DNA of 64,000 nt from the NCBI GenBank assembly GCA_034521595.1, contig JAXHMG010000003.1, positions 2,368,001 to 2,432,000 of the forward strand, read 5' to 3'. Both the position numbers and the translations under genes were made by a program. The first letter of the stretch is position 1. Each line of letters opens with the position of its first letter. The notes under the pieces are model-generated. The model saw only the letters and a program-made list of their open reading frames with translations, was not told the origin of the DNA and searched no databases. Shown here in pieces: positions 20,146-32,553 of this stretch. Origin of the DNA: Gemmatimonadota bacterium (GTDB taxonomy: Bacteria; Gemmatimonadota; Gemmatimonadetes; Longimicrobiales; Gaopeijiaceae).

Positions 20146-21128
20146 CCGTCGGACATTCTCCGGACCTGGAGGCTCTGCTGAGTCGCGAGGTCTCGGAGCA
20201 CCGTTTCGACCCCGGTCAGCAGCGGGTAGTAGGCGGTCACCCGCACCGACTCGTCGACCGAATCCGCCAGGCTCACGTTCCTGCCGAACCGGAGCGCGAG
20301 CTCGTCGACCACGGAGAACAGGGGCTCGTTGGACACGGTCAGGCCACCGCTCCGCCAAGCCGCGATCCGGTCGAGCGCGACCGGCGACGGCGTCAGCTCT
20401 GCGATCCCCTGTGCGACCCGGACCGACTCCCCGGCACCCAACTCGGCCACCGCCTCCGATCCCTCCGCGGCCACGCGAACGCGTCCTTCCTCGACGTCGA
20501 CACGCACTCCGGGCGCTGCCCCCCCGGACTCCGAGCGGGCGCGTACGTTGAACCGGGTCCCGAGCACGGTGACCCGGGCCGCCCCGGCCACGACTTCGAA
20601 CGGCCGGTCGGATCTCGCCACGTCGAAGAACGCTTCTCCTTCCAGACGGACGACGCGCCGACCCTGCGGCACCCCGGGCAGCACGTCGAAGCCCCGGGGG
20701 AACCGCAGGGTCGATCCCGCATTGAGCTCGACGGACGAGCCGTCCGGAAGCGCCGCCACGAGGCGCTCGCCGGCGAGCGCGGCGTGCGTCACGGGAATCT
20801 GCTGCCAGATCGCGACGCCCCCGGCCAACACCACGACAGCCGCCGCTATGCGAAGTCCTGCCGACCGCATGCTCCACCGCGCCCGGCGCCGCCGGGCATG
20901 CCCATCCCACTCGGCATGCCGCGCACCGTCCGTGCCGGAGCGTTCCGTATCGTCACCCCGAAGCGCCAGCTTACGGCTGAGCGCCTCCCAGGCCGCATTC
21001 GTACGCTCGGGCGCCACCGGAGTGTCGTCATCGGCCGCCTCGAGGGCCTTCCAAACGGCTTCGAGCTCGTCCGCGTCCGGCTCGTCCGCGAGGCTGCGCG
21101 GGAATCGATGGTTATCGTGCTTCTTCAT
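20130..21128 (-). CDS. FecR-family anti-sigma/transmembrane sensor
   Basis: TM RIAAAVVVLAG, LPDGSSVELNAGS, RLEGEAFFDV, VLGTRFNV; ATGA overlap with the sigma stop. Confidence 0.92.
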   Translation of the reverse strand: MKKHDNHRFPRSLADEPDADELEAVWKALEAADDDTPVAPERTNAAWEALSRKLALRGDDTERSGTDGARHAEWDGHARRRRARWSMRSAGLRIAAAVVVLAGGVAIWQQIPVTHAALAGERLVAALPDGSSVELNAGSTLRFPRGFDVLPGVPQGRRVVRLEGEAFFDVARSDRPFEVVAGAARVTVLGTRFNVRARSESGGAAPGVRVDVEEGRVRVAAEGSEAVAELGAGESVRVAQGIAELTPSPVALDRIAAWRSGGLTVSNEPLFSVVDELALRFGRNVSLADSVDESVRVTAYYPLLTGVETVLRDLATQQSLQVRRMSDGWELF

Positions 21129-21751
21129 GAATCCAACAGCGAGGGCTCGTGCGCGCGCACCCGGTCCCGGATGGCGTGCAGAGCTTTGACCAGATGATTG
21201 TTCACGGTTCGAGGCGAGACCCCCATCGCTTCGGCCACCTGCTCGTGCGACAGGCCGTGGAACCGGCTCAACTCGAGGGCCTCCCTCTGCCTCTCGGGTA
21301 ACTCGGCAATCCACCCCCTGAGCCGGTCGGCGAAGTCCTCGCGAGCGAGCTCCTCGTCGGGCTCGGGAGCCGACACCGTCGGAGCCTCGTAACGCTCCGA
21401 GAGGAGCTTCTCCTGCGTCTTCGCGTCCCGGATCCGGTTCAGGCACAGGTTCCGGACCGTTCGATACGCGAAAGCCTTGAGGGACTGTCCGGGATCGATC
21501 CGGGCGCGGCTCTCCCAGAGCCGAACGAACGCGTCCTGGACCACATCCTCGGCCGTGGATTCCGCTACGAACCGCGTCGCGTACCGCACGAGCGGGCCGT
21601 GGACAGCCCGGAAGAACGCCTCCAGCGCCGCCGCATCGGATTCCCGGATCTTCCGTGCCCATACACGGAAGAGGTCGAGATCGTCCGAGGTGCTCGGCTG
21701 CAGGGGATTCACCTGAACGCGGGTTTGGAACCGTGTCGTCGCGTTGAGCAT
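21125..21751 (-). CDS. ECF RNA polymerase sigma factor (FecI-like)
   Basis: AEDVVQDAFVRLW, RNLCLN, LPERQREAL, SPRTVNNHL; alternative GTG start at 21712. Confidence 0.92.
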   Translation of the reverse strand: MLNATTRFQTRVQVNPLQPSTSDDLDLFRVWARKIRESDAAALEAFFRAVHGPLVRYATRFVAESTAEDVVQDAFVRLWESRARIDPGQSLKAFAYRTVRNLCLNRIRDAKTQEKLLSERYEAPTVSAPEPDEELAREDFADRLRGWIAELPERQREALELSRFHGLSHEQVAEAMGVSPRTVNNHLVKALHAIRDRVRAHEPSLLDS

Positions 21752-21781
21752 GGCTTCGGGGCGGAGTGGAGGTCGCCTTGT

Positions 21782-21809
21782 CTACCCACCGGTCGCCGCG
21801 ATTGACTAC
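21782..21809 (-). promoter_or_regulatory. Putative autoregulatory ECF promoter GTAGTCA-N17-GTAG
   Basis: Minus strand GTAGTCA-atcgcggcgaccggtgg-GTAG, 30 bp upstream of the sigma ATG; matches the site at 17264-17291. Confidence 0.65.
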
Positions 21810-21850
21810 TCGTGGCTCGCCGAGCCACGACGCCCCCCTCACCCCCGAGC

Positions 21851-23158
21851 TCAGCCCTCATCCAGCGCGGCCAGCACATGCTCGATGACCGCATCGAACG
21901 CGCTCCCTTGGATCCAGCGCGTCACGACGACCAGGTCGTGCACCGGATCGACATAGACGATGTTCGCCCCTGCTCCACGATGTGCCCAGGCCTCTTCGGG
22001 CGCGCTCGGATACATCTCGCCGTCGGTATTCAGGAAGTAGTTCATGAACCCGTACCCCGAGTTCGCGGAACCCGGAACCCTCGACCGGTCCACCCAGTCC
22101 TCCGAGACGATCCGCCGGTTCCCCCATCGTCCTTCGTGGAGCGTCAGGAGTCCCAACCGCGCTTGGTCATAAGCGTTGATGAACATCCCGCCGCCCCAAT
22201 GGCTCCCGCCACTCACGACCTGGACACGATGACCGTTCAGATTGATCCACGAGTTCTCGTACCCGTGCCACTGCCAGGTCGTGGACGCTCCGATGGGGGC
22301 CATCACCCGCTCGTGCAACACCTCGGCGAGCGGCTTCCGCCACACCGCGGTGGCGGCCAGCGCGAGAAGGTTCACGCGGGTGTCGTTGTACTCGTAGACG
22401 GTGCCCGGCTCGTTACGCGGCCGGGTGAGCCACGTCGAAGGGTCGCGGTCCGGACGATCCGCCCACTCGGGCTTACCCCAGAGCGTGCCCTCCCAGTCGC
22501 TGGTCTGCCGCAGAAGGTGATCCCAGGTGATCCGGCGATTGTGCTCGGACTCGAAGAGCAGCTTCGGGCGGCGGCCGTCTTGGTCTCCCGGCTCTCCGTC
22601 CCCGTGCTCGAGGACGATCGGAGGCATGTAGTCCCCCACCCGATCGTCCACGCTGCGGATAACGCCCTCATCGACCGCGATTCCTACGGTCGTCGACAGG
22701 AAGCTCTTCGCGATGCTGAACGTCTGATCCACCCGTGCGGGCTCACCCCACTCCGCTACGATGTAGCCGTGCCGGATGACGAGTCCGGTCTGAGGTCCCC
22801 GATCGCCGAATGGACCAATGGCCTCGCCCCGGGGCTCGCGGCCGAACGTCATGTCGTGGTTGAGGCGGAGGTCCCGCGGAGCCTCGGACTCCGACGCGAT
22901 CGCGAGCTCGATGGCATCTTGCAAGGCGTCCGGGTCGAACCCGACCTCCGCCGGCTCGCGTCGCTCCCAGTCGGGGTGCGCGCCGGGGAAGTAGCCCTGC
23001 GCTTCGCCCGCACTCGGGAACGCCACCATCAGGAGGATCAGGGCCATCAAGCCGGCGGGCAGCGTCCGCCTCCAACCCGTGCCTGGCCCGCCCCTCGGCC
23101 GGGGCCCCTCCTTGCTCCGTTTCAGTTCCCCCTGCGCACATTCGACTTCAACCTTCAT
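21851..23158 (-). CDS. Secreted serine hydrolase, beta-lactamase class C/esterase family
   Basis: SxxK (FSIAKS), HLLRQTS, PGTVYEYND, HRG; GAGGAGG RBS before ATG 23158; alternative start 23047. Confidence 0.85.
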   Translation of the reverse strand: MKVEVECAQGELKRSKEGPRPRGGPGTGWRRTLPAGLMALILLMVAFPSAGEAQGYFPGAHPDWERREPAEVGFDPDALQDAIELAIASESEAPRDLRLNHDMTFGREPRGEAIGPFGDRGPQTGLVIRHGYIVAEWGEPARVDQTFSIAKSFLSTTVGIAVDEGVIRSVDDRVGDYMPPIVLEHGDGEPGDQDGRRPKLLFESEHNRRITWDHLLRQTSDWEGTLWGKPEWADRPDRDPSTWLTRPRNEPGTVYEYNDTRVNLLALAATAVWRKPLAEVLHERVMAPIGASTTWQWHGYENSWINLNGHRVQVVSGGSHWGGGMFINAYDQARLGLLTLHEGRWGNRRIVSEDWVDRSRVPGSANSGYGFMNYFLNTDGEMYPSAPEEAWAHRGAGANIVYVDPVHDLVVVTRWIQGSAFDAVIEHVLAALDEG

Positions 23159-23360
23159 CGCCATCCTCCTCGGAAACGACACCCATGGGCACGCACGGTG
23201 AACATGCGACGGTTCGGGACGTCCCACCAGCGTCCACGTCCGCGCGATCTGCTCCCCTTGGCCGGGCGAGGCGTTACGGGCAGCTTTCGCGAAGCGATCG
23301 GGGGCCGGGTGTGAGGGCTTCGAAACGCGAGCGTGTGACCCCCGTCAAGGAGAGCTCCGC

Positions 23361-25262
23361 GTGAACGACAACCAAGAGCGTGATCCGTCGCGACGAGGAC
23401 CGTCCGACCCGTCCTCGAATCCTCCGGACCCTCGCATGGGGTGCATACGGGGCCTTTTCTGGGCGTTCCTCCTCTTTCTGACCTACACGCTCGTTCGGCA
23501 GTTCACGGCTCCCGCGGCCGACGCGACCACGCTGCCGTACACGGCCTTCACCCAGGAGCTGCGGGACGACAACGTCGTCGAGGTCACCGTCCAGGGAGAG
23601 GAAGTCCGTGGCATCCTGCGCGCGCCCGTGGAATGGGTGGAGGAGGGAGACACCGCCGAAGTCACGGAGTTCGTGACCTACATGCCGTCGTTCGGCGACC
23701 CCGACCTGCTCGCCCGGCTCGACGAAGCCGGCGTCGAGGTCCGGACTCTGCCCGAGCGCGACACGACGTGGATCCAGCTCCTCCTGTGGGGCGTGCTCCC
23801 GATCCTCATCCTCGGTGGGATCATGCTCTTCGTGCTCCGAGGCATGGCCGGCCGCGCCCAGTCGTTTCTCTCGATCGGCAAGAGCCAGGCGAAAGAGCAC
23901 GAGCGTGAGGGACCACAGACGACGTTCGACGACGTGGCCGGCGCTGCGGGCGCGAAATCGGAGCTGCAGGAGATCGTCGCGTTTCTCAAGGAACCCGCCC
24001 GTTTCCACGCGCTCGGCGCGGAAGTCCCGAAGGGTGTCCTCCTCGTGGGACCGCCGGGCACGGGGAAGACGCTTCTCGCCCGGGCGGTCGCCGGCGAGGC
24101 CGACGTCTCGTTCTTCGTGATCACCGGATCGGACTTCATGGAGATGTTCGTCGGCGTCGGCGCCAAGCGGGTGCGTGCCCTGTTCGACCAGGCGAAGGAG
24201 AACGCCCCCAGCATCATCTTCATCGACGAGCTCGACTCGATCGGACGGCAGCGAGGAACCGGGCTCGGCGGGGGGCACGACGAGCGGGAGCAAACACTCA
24301 ACCAGCTTCTGTCCGAGCTCGACGGCTTCGAGCCGGCGGAGAACGTCATCGTCATGGCGGCGTCGAATCGACCCGACATCCTCGATCCCGCGCTCCTGCG
24401 GCCCGGCCGCTTCGATCGCCGCATCAGCGTGGACCTCCCGTCCGCAGGCGAGCGGCTGGAGATCCTTCGCCTGCACGCCCGCGAGCTTCCGCTGGAACCG
24501 GAGGTGGACCTCGATCCCCTGGCGCGGGGCACGCCCGGCTTCAGCGGCGCCGACTTGAAGAACGTGCTCAACGAGGCTGCGCTCGCCGCGGCACGGCACG
24601 GGAAGACCCGCATCGGCCCTGGAGAGATCGAAGGCGCTCACGACCGCATCCTCCTGGGACTCGAGCGAGAGGGGCTCGCCCTCACCGACGACGAGATGCG
24701 GCTGCTCGCGTATCACGAGGGCGGACATGCGATCGTCGCGGCCACCCTGCCGAACACGGACCCGGTCCACAAGGTGACGATCGTTCCCCGCGGACGCGCC
24801 ATGGGCACCACCCACCAACTACCCGAGCGCGAGCGCTATATCTGGCGGCGCGAGGACCTTCTCGACCAGCTCGCGCTACTCCTGGGCGGCCGGGCCGCGG
24901 AAGACCTCGTCTTCGGCACGGTGACCAGCGGCGCGGAAGACGACCTTCAGCGCGCCACGGAGACCGCGCGACGCATGGTGTCGCGGTGGGGCATGAGCGA
25001 CTCTCTCGGACCCTTCTCTTCCGGAGGGCCGGAAGAAGTGTTCATCGGGCAACAGCTCGCCCGCGGCCGGGACCACAGCGAGGCGACCGCCCGCGCGGTC
25101 GACGGAGAGGTGCGGCGGATCCTCGACGACGCCGCCAACCGGGCCCGAGAAACCCTCGAGCAGCACCGTGACGCGCTCGAACAGGTGGTTGCCCTCCTCC
25201 TCGAAAAGGAGGAGGTCTCCGGTGACGAGGTCGCCGAAGCTCTTGGCCGGAAGGACGCTTAA
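23361..25262 (+). CDS. ftsH: ATP-dependent zinc metalloprotease FtsH
   Basis: Two TMs, [34 protein letters not shown] start with AAGGAG. Confidence 0.95.
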   Translation: MNDNQERDPSRRGPSDPSSNPPDPRMGCIRGLFWAFLLFLTYTLVRQFTAPAADATTLPYTAFTQELRDDNVVEVTVQGEEVRGILRAPVEWVEEGDTAEVTEFVTYMPSFGDPDLLARLDEAGVEVRTLPERDTTWIQLLLWGVLPILILGGIMLFVLRGMAGRAQSFLSIGKSQAKEHEREGPQTTFDDVAGAAGAKSELQEIVAFLKEPARFHALGAEVPKGVLLVGPPGTGKTLLARAVAGEADVSFFVITGSDFMEMFVGVGAKRVRALFDQAKENAPSIIFIDELDSIGRQRGTGLGGGHDEREQTLNQLLSELDGFEPAENVIVMAASNRPDILDPALLRPGRFDRRISVDLPSAGERLEILRLHARELPLEPEVDLDPLARGTPGFSGADLKNVLNEAALAAARHGKTRIGPGEIEGAHDRILLGLEREGLALTDDEMRLLAYHEGGHAIVAATLPNTDPVHKVTIVPRGRAMGTTHQLPERERYIWRREDLLDQLALLLGGRAAEDLVFGTVTSGAEDDLQRATETARRMVSRWGMSDSLGPFSSGGPEEVFIGQQLARGRDHSEATARAVDGEVRRILDDAANRARETLEQHRDALEQVVALLLEKEEVSGDEVAEALGRKDA

Positions 25263-26032
25263 CCGTCCTTCCCCGCCGCGTCCACGGGCTTTGCCCGCAG
25301 CGTGGCCTTCACCAGATCCCGGTTCAACTGCGCGATGTAGTCGATGCTGATCCCCTTCGGGCAGGCCACTTCACACGCGCCGTGGTTCGTGCAGTTGCCG
25401 AACCCTTCGTCGTCGTGCTGCTCGACCATCGACAGCACCCGCCCTTGCCGCTCGGGCTGACCCTGTGGGACGCTCGCGAGGTGCGCGACCTTCGACGCGG
25501 TGAAGAGCATCGCCGATGCGTTCGGGCACGCCGCGACGCACGCGCCGCATCCGATGCACGTGGCGGCGTCGAACGCCGCGTCGGCCTTGTCCTTCTCGAT
25601 CGGGATGGCGTTGCCGTCCGGCGCGCTGCCCGTCCGAACCGAGATGTACCCTCCGGCTTGGACGATCCGGTCGAAGCCGGCCCGGTCCACGACGAGATCC
25701 TTGATTACGGGAAACGCGTTGGCGCGCCACGGCTCGATCCAGATTTCCTCGCCATCGTTGAAGGAGCGCATGTGGAGTTGGCACGCCGTGGTGAGCGTCT
25801 TCGGCCCGTGCGGCACGCCGTTGATCATCATCCCGCACGATCCGCAGATCCCTTCGCGGCAATCGTGCTCGAATGCGATCGGCTCCTTGCCTTCCTCGGT
25901 GAGCCGCTCGTTGAGCACGTCGAGCATCTCGAGGAACGACATGTGCTCCGAGACGTCGTCCGCCTCGTACCGCTCGAATCGTCCGGTGTCGCGCGCCCCG
26001 TCCTGACGCCACACGTGCAGGGTCAGCTTCAT
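25259..26032 (-). CDS. sdhB: Succinate dehydrogenase/fumarate reductase iron-sulfur subunit
   Basis: [33 protein letters not shown]. Confidence 0.95.
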   Translation of the reverse strand: MKLTLHVWRQDGARDTGRFERYEADDVSEHMSFLEMLDVLNERLTEEGKEPIAFEHDCREGICGSCGMMINGVPHGPKTLTTACQLHMRSFNDGEEIWIEPWRANAFPVIKDLVVDRAGFDRIVQAGGYISVRTGSAPDGNAIPIEKDKADAAFDAATCIGCGACVAACPNASAMLFTASKVAHLASVPQGQPERQGRVLSMVEQHDDEGFGNCTNHGACEVACPKGISIDYIAQLNRDLVKATLRAKPVDAAGKDG

Positions 26033-26033
26033 C

Positions 26034-27950
<1,917 letters not shown>

Positions 27951-28012
27951 GGCTGGACGAACCTTTTTCGGCTGGAGTACTCGTGATGAGCCAAGGCGTA
28001 CATCTACGGGCT

Positions 28013-28705
28013 CTACGAGATGACGCCGGCCAGAACCAGCGTCGGGGGCGTGAGAAATCCGACGAAAACGACCACGGCGAACGCGGCCGCGAAGCGGCGG
28101 CGCATGTGGTTGTACTTCGGATGGTTCAAGCCCAGGGTCTGGAAGAAGCTCCACACCCCGTGGTAGAGGTGAAATCCGAGCGCGGCCTGGGCGACCAGGT
28201 ACACTCCGAAGATGAGGGGGCTCTGGAAGGCGCTCACGTAGTTCTGGTGCACCGCTCCAGCCACGAACTCGGGGTGTGCCTGCCCGGTGGTGAAGTGCAG
28301 GATGTGGTAGACGATGAAGAGCAGGAGGATGACCCCGCCCCACCGCATGGTCCGTGAAGCGTAGCTGAGGCTCAAGTCCTGGTTCTTGCCGTACGCCTTC
28401 GGCCGCGCCGCCCGGCTCCGTTGCGAAAGCTGGACCGCGGCCACGATGTGCACCACGACGGCAGCGAGCAACACCAACCGGAAGAGCCAGAGAAACCCGG
28501 CGTGTGGCAGGAGCGGATACCCGAACTCACGCAGGTATTCCGCATACACGTTCATCGGATAGTGGCCCGCTCCATCCACGGGGAACAACATCTTCAAGTT
28601 CCCCACCATGTGCATGAAGACGAACCCGAAGAGCACGACTCCCGAGACCGCCATCAGAACCTTCTTTCCGACGGTGCTACGGTAGAGTGTGGCTACGCGG
28701 CGCAT
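28013..28705 (-). CDS. sdhC: Succinate dehydrogenase cytochrome b subunit (5 TM, single anchor)
   Basis: Five TMs with His in [21 protein letters not shown]; first gene of the sdh operon. Confidence 0.9.
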   Translation of the reverse strand: MRRVATLYRSTVGKKVLMAVSGVVLFGFVFMHMVGNLKMLFPVDGAGHYPMNVYAEYLREFGYPLLPHAGFLWLFRLVLLAAVVVHIVAAVQLSQRSRAARPKAYGKNQDLSLSYASRTMRWGGVILLLFIVYHILHFTTGQAHPEFVAGAVHQNYVSAFQSPLIFGVYLVAQAALGFHLYHGVWSFFQTLGLNHPKYNHMRRRFAAAFAVVVFVGFLTPPTLVLAGVIS

Positions 28706-28768
28706 TACGGCTCCCGTAGGGGTATCGACGCTTTTGGAACAGCCGTCCACGAGACGGACACGGCCCGT

Positions 28769-28796
28769 AATATGACGCGCGGGACGCTTGTGACAA
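28769..28796 (-). promoter_or_regulatory. Possible sigma70 promoter of sdhCAB
   Basis: TTGTCA-N16-CATATT. Confidence 0.4.
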
Positions 28797-28852
28797 CGGC
28801 CTGCTCGTGAACGTGGCGGTCTCGGTCACTGCGGGAGCGAGCTTCCGGGGTG

Positions 28853-29515
28853 TTATCCGTCCCCGCGCTTTCGCAGAACCCAGGTCGTCATCGCCCGCAT
28901 CCCCTCGACGATCGTCGTCTTGACGGGGTCGAGCGGCTCCGCCCTCAGGTCGGCGGCGAGCCGCCCCAGGTATGCCTCGTCGACCAGGAAACGCTCACTT
29001 CCGTCCGGCAATCGGTGCCGGCGGCCACCGACGTGGACGACGTCATCCTCGATCCCGATCGACGACGCGAGCCTGGAGAAGAACACACCACCCGGTGCGA
29101 GCACGCGCCACATCTCGGCGAGCATTCCTTCGAACGCCGACGCGTCGTCCGCGAAGTGAAGCACCGCGCTGCAAATCACGGCATCGAAGCGACCGTCGGG
29201 GAACGGAAGGTCGGCCAAATCGCCCACCCGGAAGTTCTCGGCCGGCAGGTGCGGCGCGACTTCCGCCGCGAGCTTCTGAATGCGGTCGATCTGCTCGCGG
29301 TTCGAGTCCACGCCGAAGACCTCTCCGCCACATCGCATCAGATACGCGGCATTGCGGCCTCCGCCACAGCCGGCATCGAGGACCCTCATCTCCGGCCCGA
29401 GTCGCCCCCGAAGGAGCTGATCGAAAACGTAGATGTCGATATGCCCGAACGCGGCGAGGAGCTCACGGGCGCCACAGGGCAGGTCGGGGGTGGTCACGGT
29501 GTTCGAACCCTCCAT
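28853..29515 (-). CDS. Class I SAM-dependent methyltransferase
   Basis: VLDAGCGGGRN, FDAVICSAVLHF, RVLAPGG. Confidence 0.9.
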   Translation of the reverse strand: MEGSNTVTTPDLPCGARELLAAFGHIDIYVFDQLLRGRLGPEMRVLDAGCGGGRNAAYLMRCGGEVFGVDSNREQIDRIQKLAAEVAPHLPAENFRVGDLADLPFPDGRFDAVICSAVLHFADDASAFEGMLAEMWRVLAPGGVFFSRLASSIGIEDDVVHVGGRRHRLPDGSERFLVDEAYLGRLAADLRAEPLDPVKTTIVEGMRAMTTWVLRKRGDG

Positions 29516-29589
29516 GGTCGGTTGCGACAGCGGGCGCGCCCGAGGGATCTACGGATCGGCCTCTTCCTTACCCGTGAGCCAGCGCACCG

Positions 29590-30141
29590 TCACACCGCCC
29601 GCGACCGAGCAACGGACGTGATCAATCCACCCAAGACGGCGCATCCCAGCCACGCGGGAATCGTGACCGCCAGAAGATCGCTCCAGAGACCGCCGTGAAC
29701 GAGGCTCCACCCGGAGGTCCAGCCGGCCCACAACGCGAGCACTTCGAGCTGGTACGTGAGCTGAAAGCCCCGCTTCCGGTGGTGGACCGCGAGCCCGGCG
29801 CTCATGAGAACGAGCAGGGCCAGCGCGGTCAGACTCTCATAGTGCGTGGGCCCCGTGAACATCGGGCGGGCTGCCCGGGTCGCCATCCCGAACACGATGC
29901 TCCCCAGCACGATCACGGCGGGGCGTGCCCAGGATCGCGCGGCGGGCACCAATCGGGGAGCCGCGCCGGCGGGCGGCTCCGGCTCGGGCGTCTGTCCCGC
30001 GGCCGGCGTTCGGTCGGGAGCGACGTCCTTCGGTGGGCGCCGTCGCTCTCGCTCCAGGTAGTCCTTCAGGAACACCGCGCCGAGTGAAGAAGCGACCGAA
30101 AACATTCCCGAGATCACCGCGACTGCGACACTGCTGTCCAC
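29590..30141 (-). CDS. Hypothetical membrane protein
   Basis: GTG start with AGGGAGG RBS; N-terminal TM, Pro-rich linker, four TMs. Confidence 0.6.
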   Translation of the reverse strand: MDSSVAVAVISGMFSVASSLGAVFLKDYLERERRRPPKDVAPDRTPAAGQTPEPEPPAGAAPRLVPAARSWARPAVIVLGSIVFGMATRAARPMFTGPTHYESLTALALLVLMSAGLAVHHRKRGFQLTYQLEVLALWAGWTSGWSLVHGGLWSDLLAVTIPAWLGCAVLGGLITSVARSRAV

Positions 30142-30253
30142 CGTATCGGCCTCCCTGCGGCCTGACGAGCGGGTCTGCGCATCCGTTACGACCCCAACAT
30201 GCGGAACGCGCGCGAGGCGCGCGAGCATTCCCCTCAGAGCACCACCTGATACT

Positions 30254-30420
30254 GATGTGGGTGATCAGACCCCCGCCACACTCCAGGAGATACGCTCGGT
30301 CACCGACGCGGGTGAAGGCCTGGACGTGTGGGTCGGACCCCGCAGCCCGGAGTGCCGGAACGACTTTCTGCCGACACCACCCCCGTGACCGGTGCCATGC
30401 ACGAGTACGAAGACCGTCAT
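30254..30420 (-). pseudogene. Frameshifted, truncated alpha/beta-hydrolase (esterase) N-terminal remnant
   Basis: MTVFVLVHGTGHG in one frame continues as WCRQKVVPALRAAG...VGDRAYLL...THI in another; break falls in the G5 run at 30380-30384. Confidence 0.75.
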
Positions 30421-30482
30421 GCTTACCGACCTCGTCATTCGTCGCACTCGCTGTCGCACTACAATGCTGCACGGCTCGAGGG

Positions 30483-30953
30483 TCAGGCGTCTTCCACTGG
30501 CGAACTCGCCGATTGAGTGTGCACCACCTTCCACGCACCGTCGACCCACCGGAAGAGGTACGTTCCATGGCCCTGGTTGTGGATGTCACGCCCGTCGGAC
30601 GTCGTCAGGCGAATGTCCGTGTCGACCACGGCCCACGCGAAGTCCCCCTCGAAGTGCGTCTGAATATTCGAGAACTCGAGCTGTAGCCCCAGCTCGGCTT
30701 CGGGTTCGACGTGGTTCTCCACGAGATCCTGCAGGCCCACGTTTTCTCCACCGCCCTCGAAGTAGCGAGCGCCATCCCAGTCGAGGAAATGCGTGTAGAA
30801 AGGGTCACCGTCACCTTCCTCCCACCCGACCCTTATATCCTCCAAGACCGCCTCGAGAGCGGCGGGATCCTGGTTGGGCGTGTCCACTTCCGAGGTGGCG
30901 CACGCGGCCAGACCTAGGCCCACCAAGACCGCTCCAACAGCACGTTGCTTCAT
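30483..30953 (-). CDS. NTF2/SnoaL-like fold lipoprotein
   Basis: Lipobox LAAC; GDFAWAV...GTYLFR...GAWKVVHTQS. Confidence 0.75.
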   Translation of the reverse strand: MKQRAVGAVLVGLGLAACATSEVDTPNQDPAALEAVLEDIRVGWEEGDGDPFYTHFLDWDGARYFEGGGENVGLQDLVENHVEPEAELGLQLEFSNIQTHFEGDFAWAVVDTDIRLTTSDGRDIHNQGHGTYLFRWVDGAWKVVHTQSASSPVEDA

Positions 30954-31061
30954 CGGTCCCTCGCATTCTGAGGTTCTCGACTCATGGTCCACGTCCTCTC
31001 CCGTCCACCGTGCGGGGCCACGGTGCGGGCCGCAAGGCAGGTGTCGTGCCCCGCCCGCATA

Positions 31062-31198
31062 TCAGGCGTCACTCTCCGCGACGAGCTCCACGAAATCGAT
31101 TGAAGCACCTCCACGGCTTGCCTCAAGCTCATGGCCGCATCGACCGTAACGGGGCTGGATTCCATGACGTCGGAGACCTTCGTTCCAGCGAAGCTCAT
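31062..31198 (-). pseudogene. CBS-domain protein remnant, apparent internal deletion
   Basis: N-terminus KVSDVMESSPVTVDAAMSLRQAVEVL abuts an out-of-frame C-terminal-like IDFVELVAESDA-stop. Confidence 0.55.
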
Positions 31199-31242
31199 AT
31201 CAGGTCGGGCTCATTTTTTGGGGAACCCGGATGGGCCAAATC

Positions 31243-32226
31243 TCATTCTGCCATGAGGTCTACCAACGATTCACCGTCGTGGATCCTCCTCACCACCTCG
31301 CCCAGGAGCCCGGACACATCCACCACCTCCACCTTTTCCCTGACCAGCTCCGGAGCGAGCCGAAACGGTGGGATGGTATTGGTCACGACGATCCGTTGAA
31401 GCACGGGGTCGGCCACGACCTCTGCCGCTCCTTCGAGGAAGAGGCCGTGCGTGGCCATGGCCACGACCTCCGCCGCACCGGCTTCGACGCAAGCGTGAGC
31501 AGCCCGCTGAATCGTAGTGCCGGTACCGATGAGGTCATCGACGATGACGACCCGGGTTCCCTCGACCTGGCCAACCAATCGATCCCCCGATACGACTCCG
31601 GCACTCCGCTTCTTCTCCATGAAGGCCCGGCCAACAGGGCGCCCCAGGCGTTCTTCCAGCGCTTCCCGGAAGCCTTCCGCACGCTTGACACCTCCCACGT
31701 CGGGCGAGACCACGGACAGGTCCTCGTCCGACATATGGGTTGCGACGTGCCGGACGAGGGACGGGCTTCCCCCGACGTGGTCGGTCCCACAGCGAAAAGC
31801 GTTCTCGAAGGCCGCCGGATTGTGGACCTCCATGGTCACGACCCGATCAACGCCGACGGCTTCGAAGAGCGCGGCCACATACCGGGTGGTTACGGGGTCG
31901 TAGTTCTTGGTTCGCTTATCCTTCCGCGCATAGCACAGGTAGGGAACGACCGCGGTCATCCGGGCCGCGCCCGCATCACGAAGCCCTCCCAGCATGAAAA
32001 GGAGGCGACATAGCTTGTCGTTCACGCTCGCGTCCGGCTCGCCATGGAGCGTATGAACGACGAACACGTCCCGTCCCCGGACGTTGACCAACGGGCGGAT
32101 CTTGTGTTCTCCGTCGTCGAACTCCCGCTCTTCGTGATCGGCCAACGCGATGCCGAGAGAGCGTGCCATTTTCTCCCCTAGTGGCCTACTCGTCTCGAGC
32201 GCGAAGAGGCGAAGGTCGTCGGTCAT
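31243..32226 (-). CDS. prs: Ribose-phosphate diphosphokinase (PRPP synthetase), probably an accessory paralog
   Basis: FDDGE, VPYLCYARKD, SPDVGGVKRA, IVDDLIGTG, THG; AAGGAG RBS. Confidence 0.92.
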   Translation of the reverse strand: MTDDLRLFALETSRPLGEKMARSLGIALADHEEREFDDGEHKIRPLVNVRGRDVFVVHTLHGEPDASVNDKLCRLLFMLGGLRDAGAARMTAVVPYLCYARKDKRTKNYDPVTTRYVAALFEAVGVDRVVTMEVHNPAAFENAFRCGTDHVGGSPSLVRHVATHMSDEDLSVVSPDVGGVKRAEGFREALEERLGRPVGRAFMEKKRSAGVVSGDRLVGQVEGTRVVIVDDLIGTGTTIQRAAHACVEAGAAEVVAMATHGLFLEGAAEVVADPVLQRIVVTNTIPPFRLAPELVREKVEVVDVSGLLGEVVRRIHDGESLVDLMAE

Positions 32227-32553
32227 CGCGAATCTCCTTGGGTGCAGGCGAGCCATCCCGGGCTGCGTCGAAGTCCTTTCGTGACCATACGGTCTCCGGC
32301 GCGAACGACGCCATGGGGTACGATGCCCTGAACGACCGCTCGTCACCACTCCCCGGTCCGACACTCACCGAATCCGACGGGTCACGCGCGAGCTCCCCCG
32401 TTCCCCCTGTGTTGTGTGCGGTCTACCTTGCTAGGTACACCGACTCGGACGACGACATTCGGAGGCTCCGATGACAGAGGATCGGACGGTGAAGGCCACT
32501 TTGGGAGGCAAGGAGCCCACCGCGGCTGGATACGAGCCCGTGCGCAGATAGTG

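Noticed and set aside
20146..21842. Long N-terminal extensions of the receptor (to 20910) and FecR (to 21842) ORFs
   Set aside because: They overlap the upstream genes in another frame; coupled starts at 20145 and 21128 fit better. The same applies to the extensions of sdhA, sdhB, gpmI and EF-G2
23186..23202. GGCACG-N-GA sigma54-like site upstream of ftsH
   Set aside because: The -12 position reads GA rather than GC, and the site is far from the start
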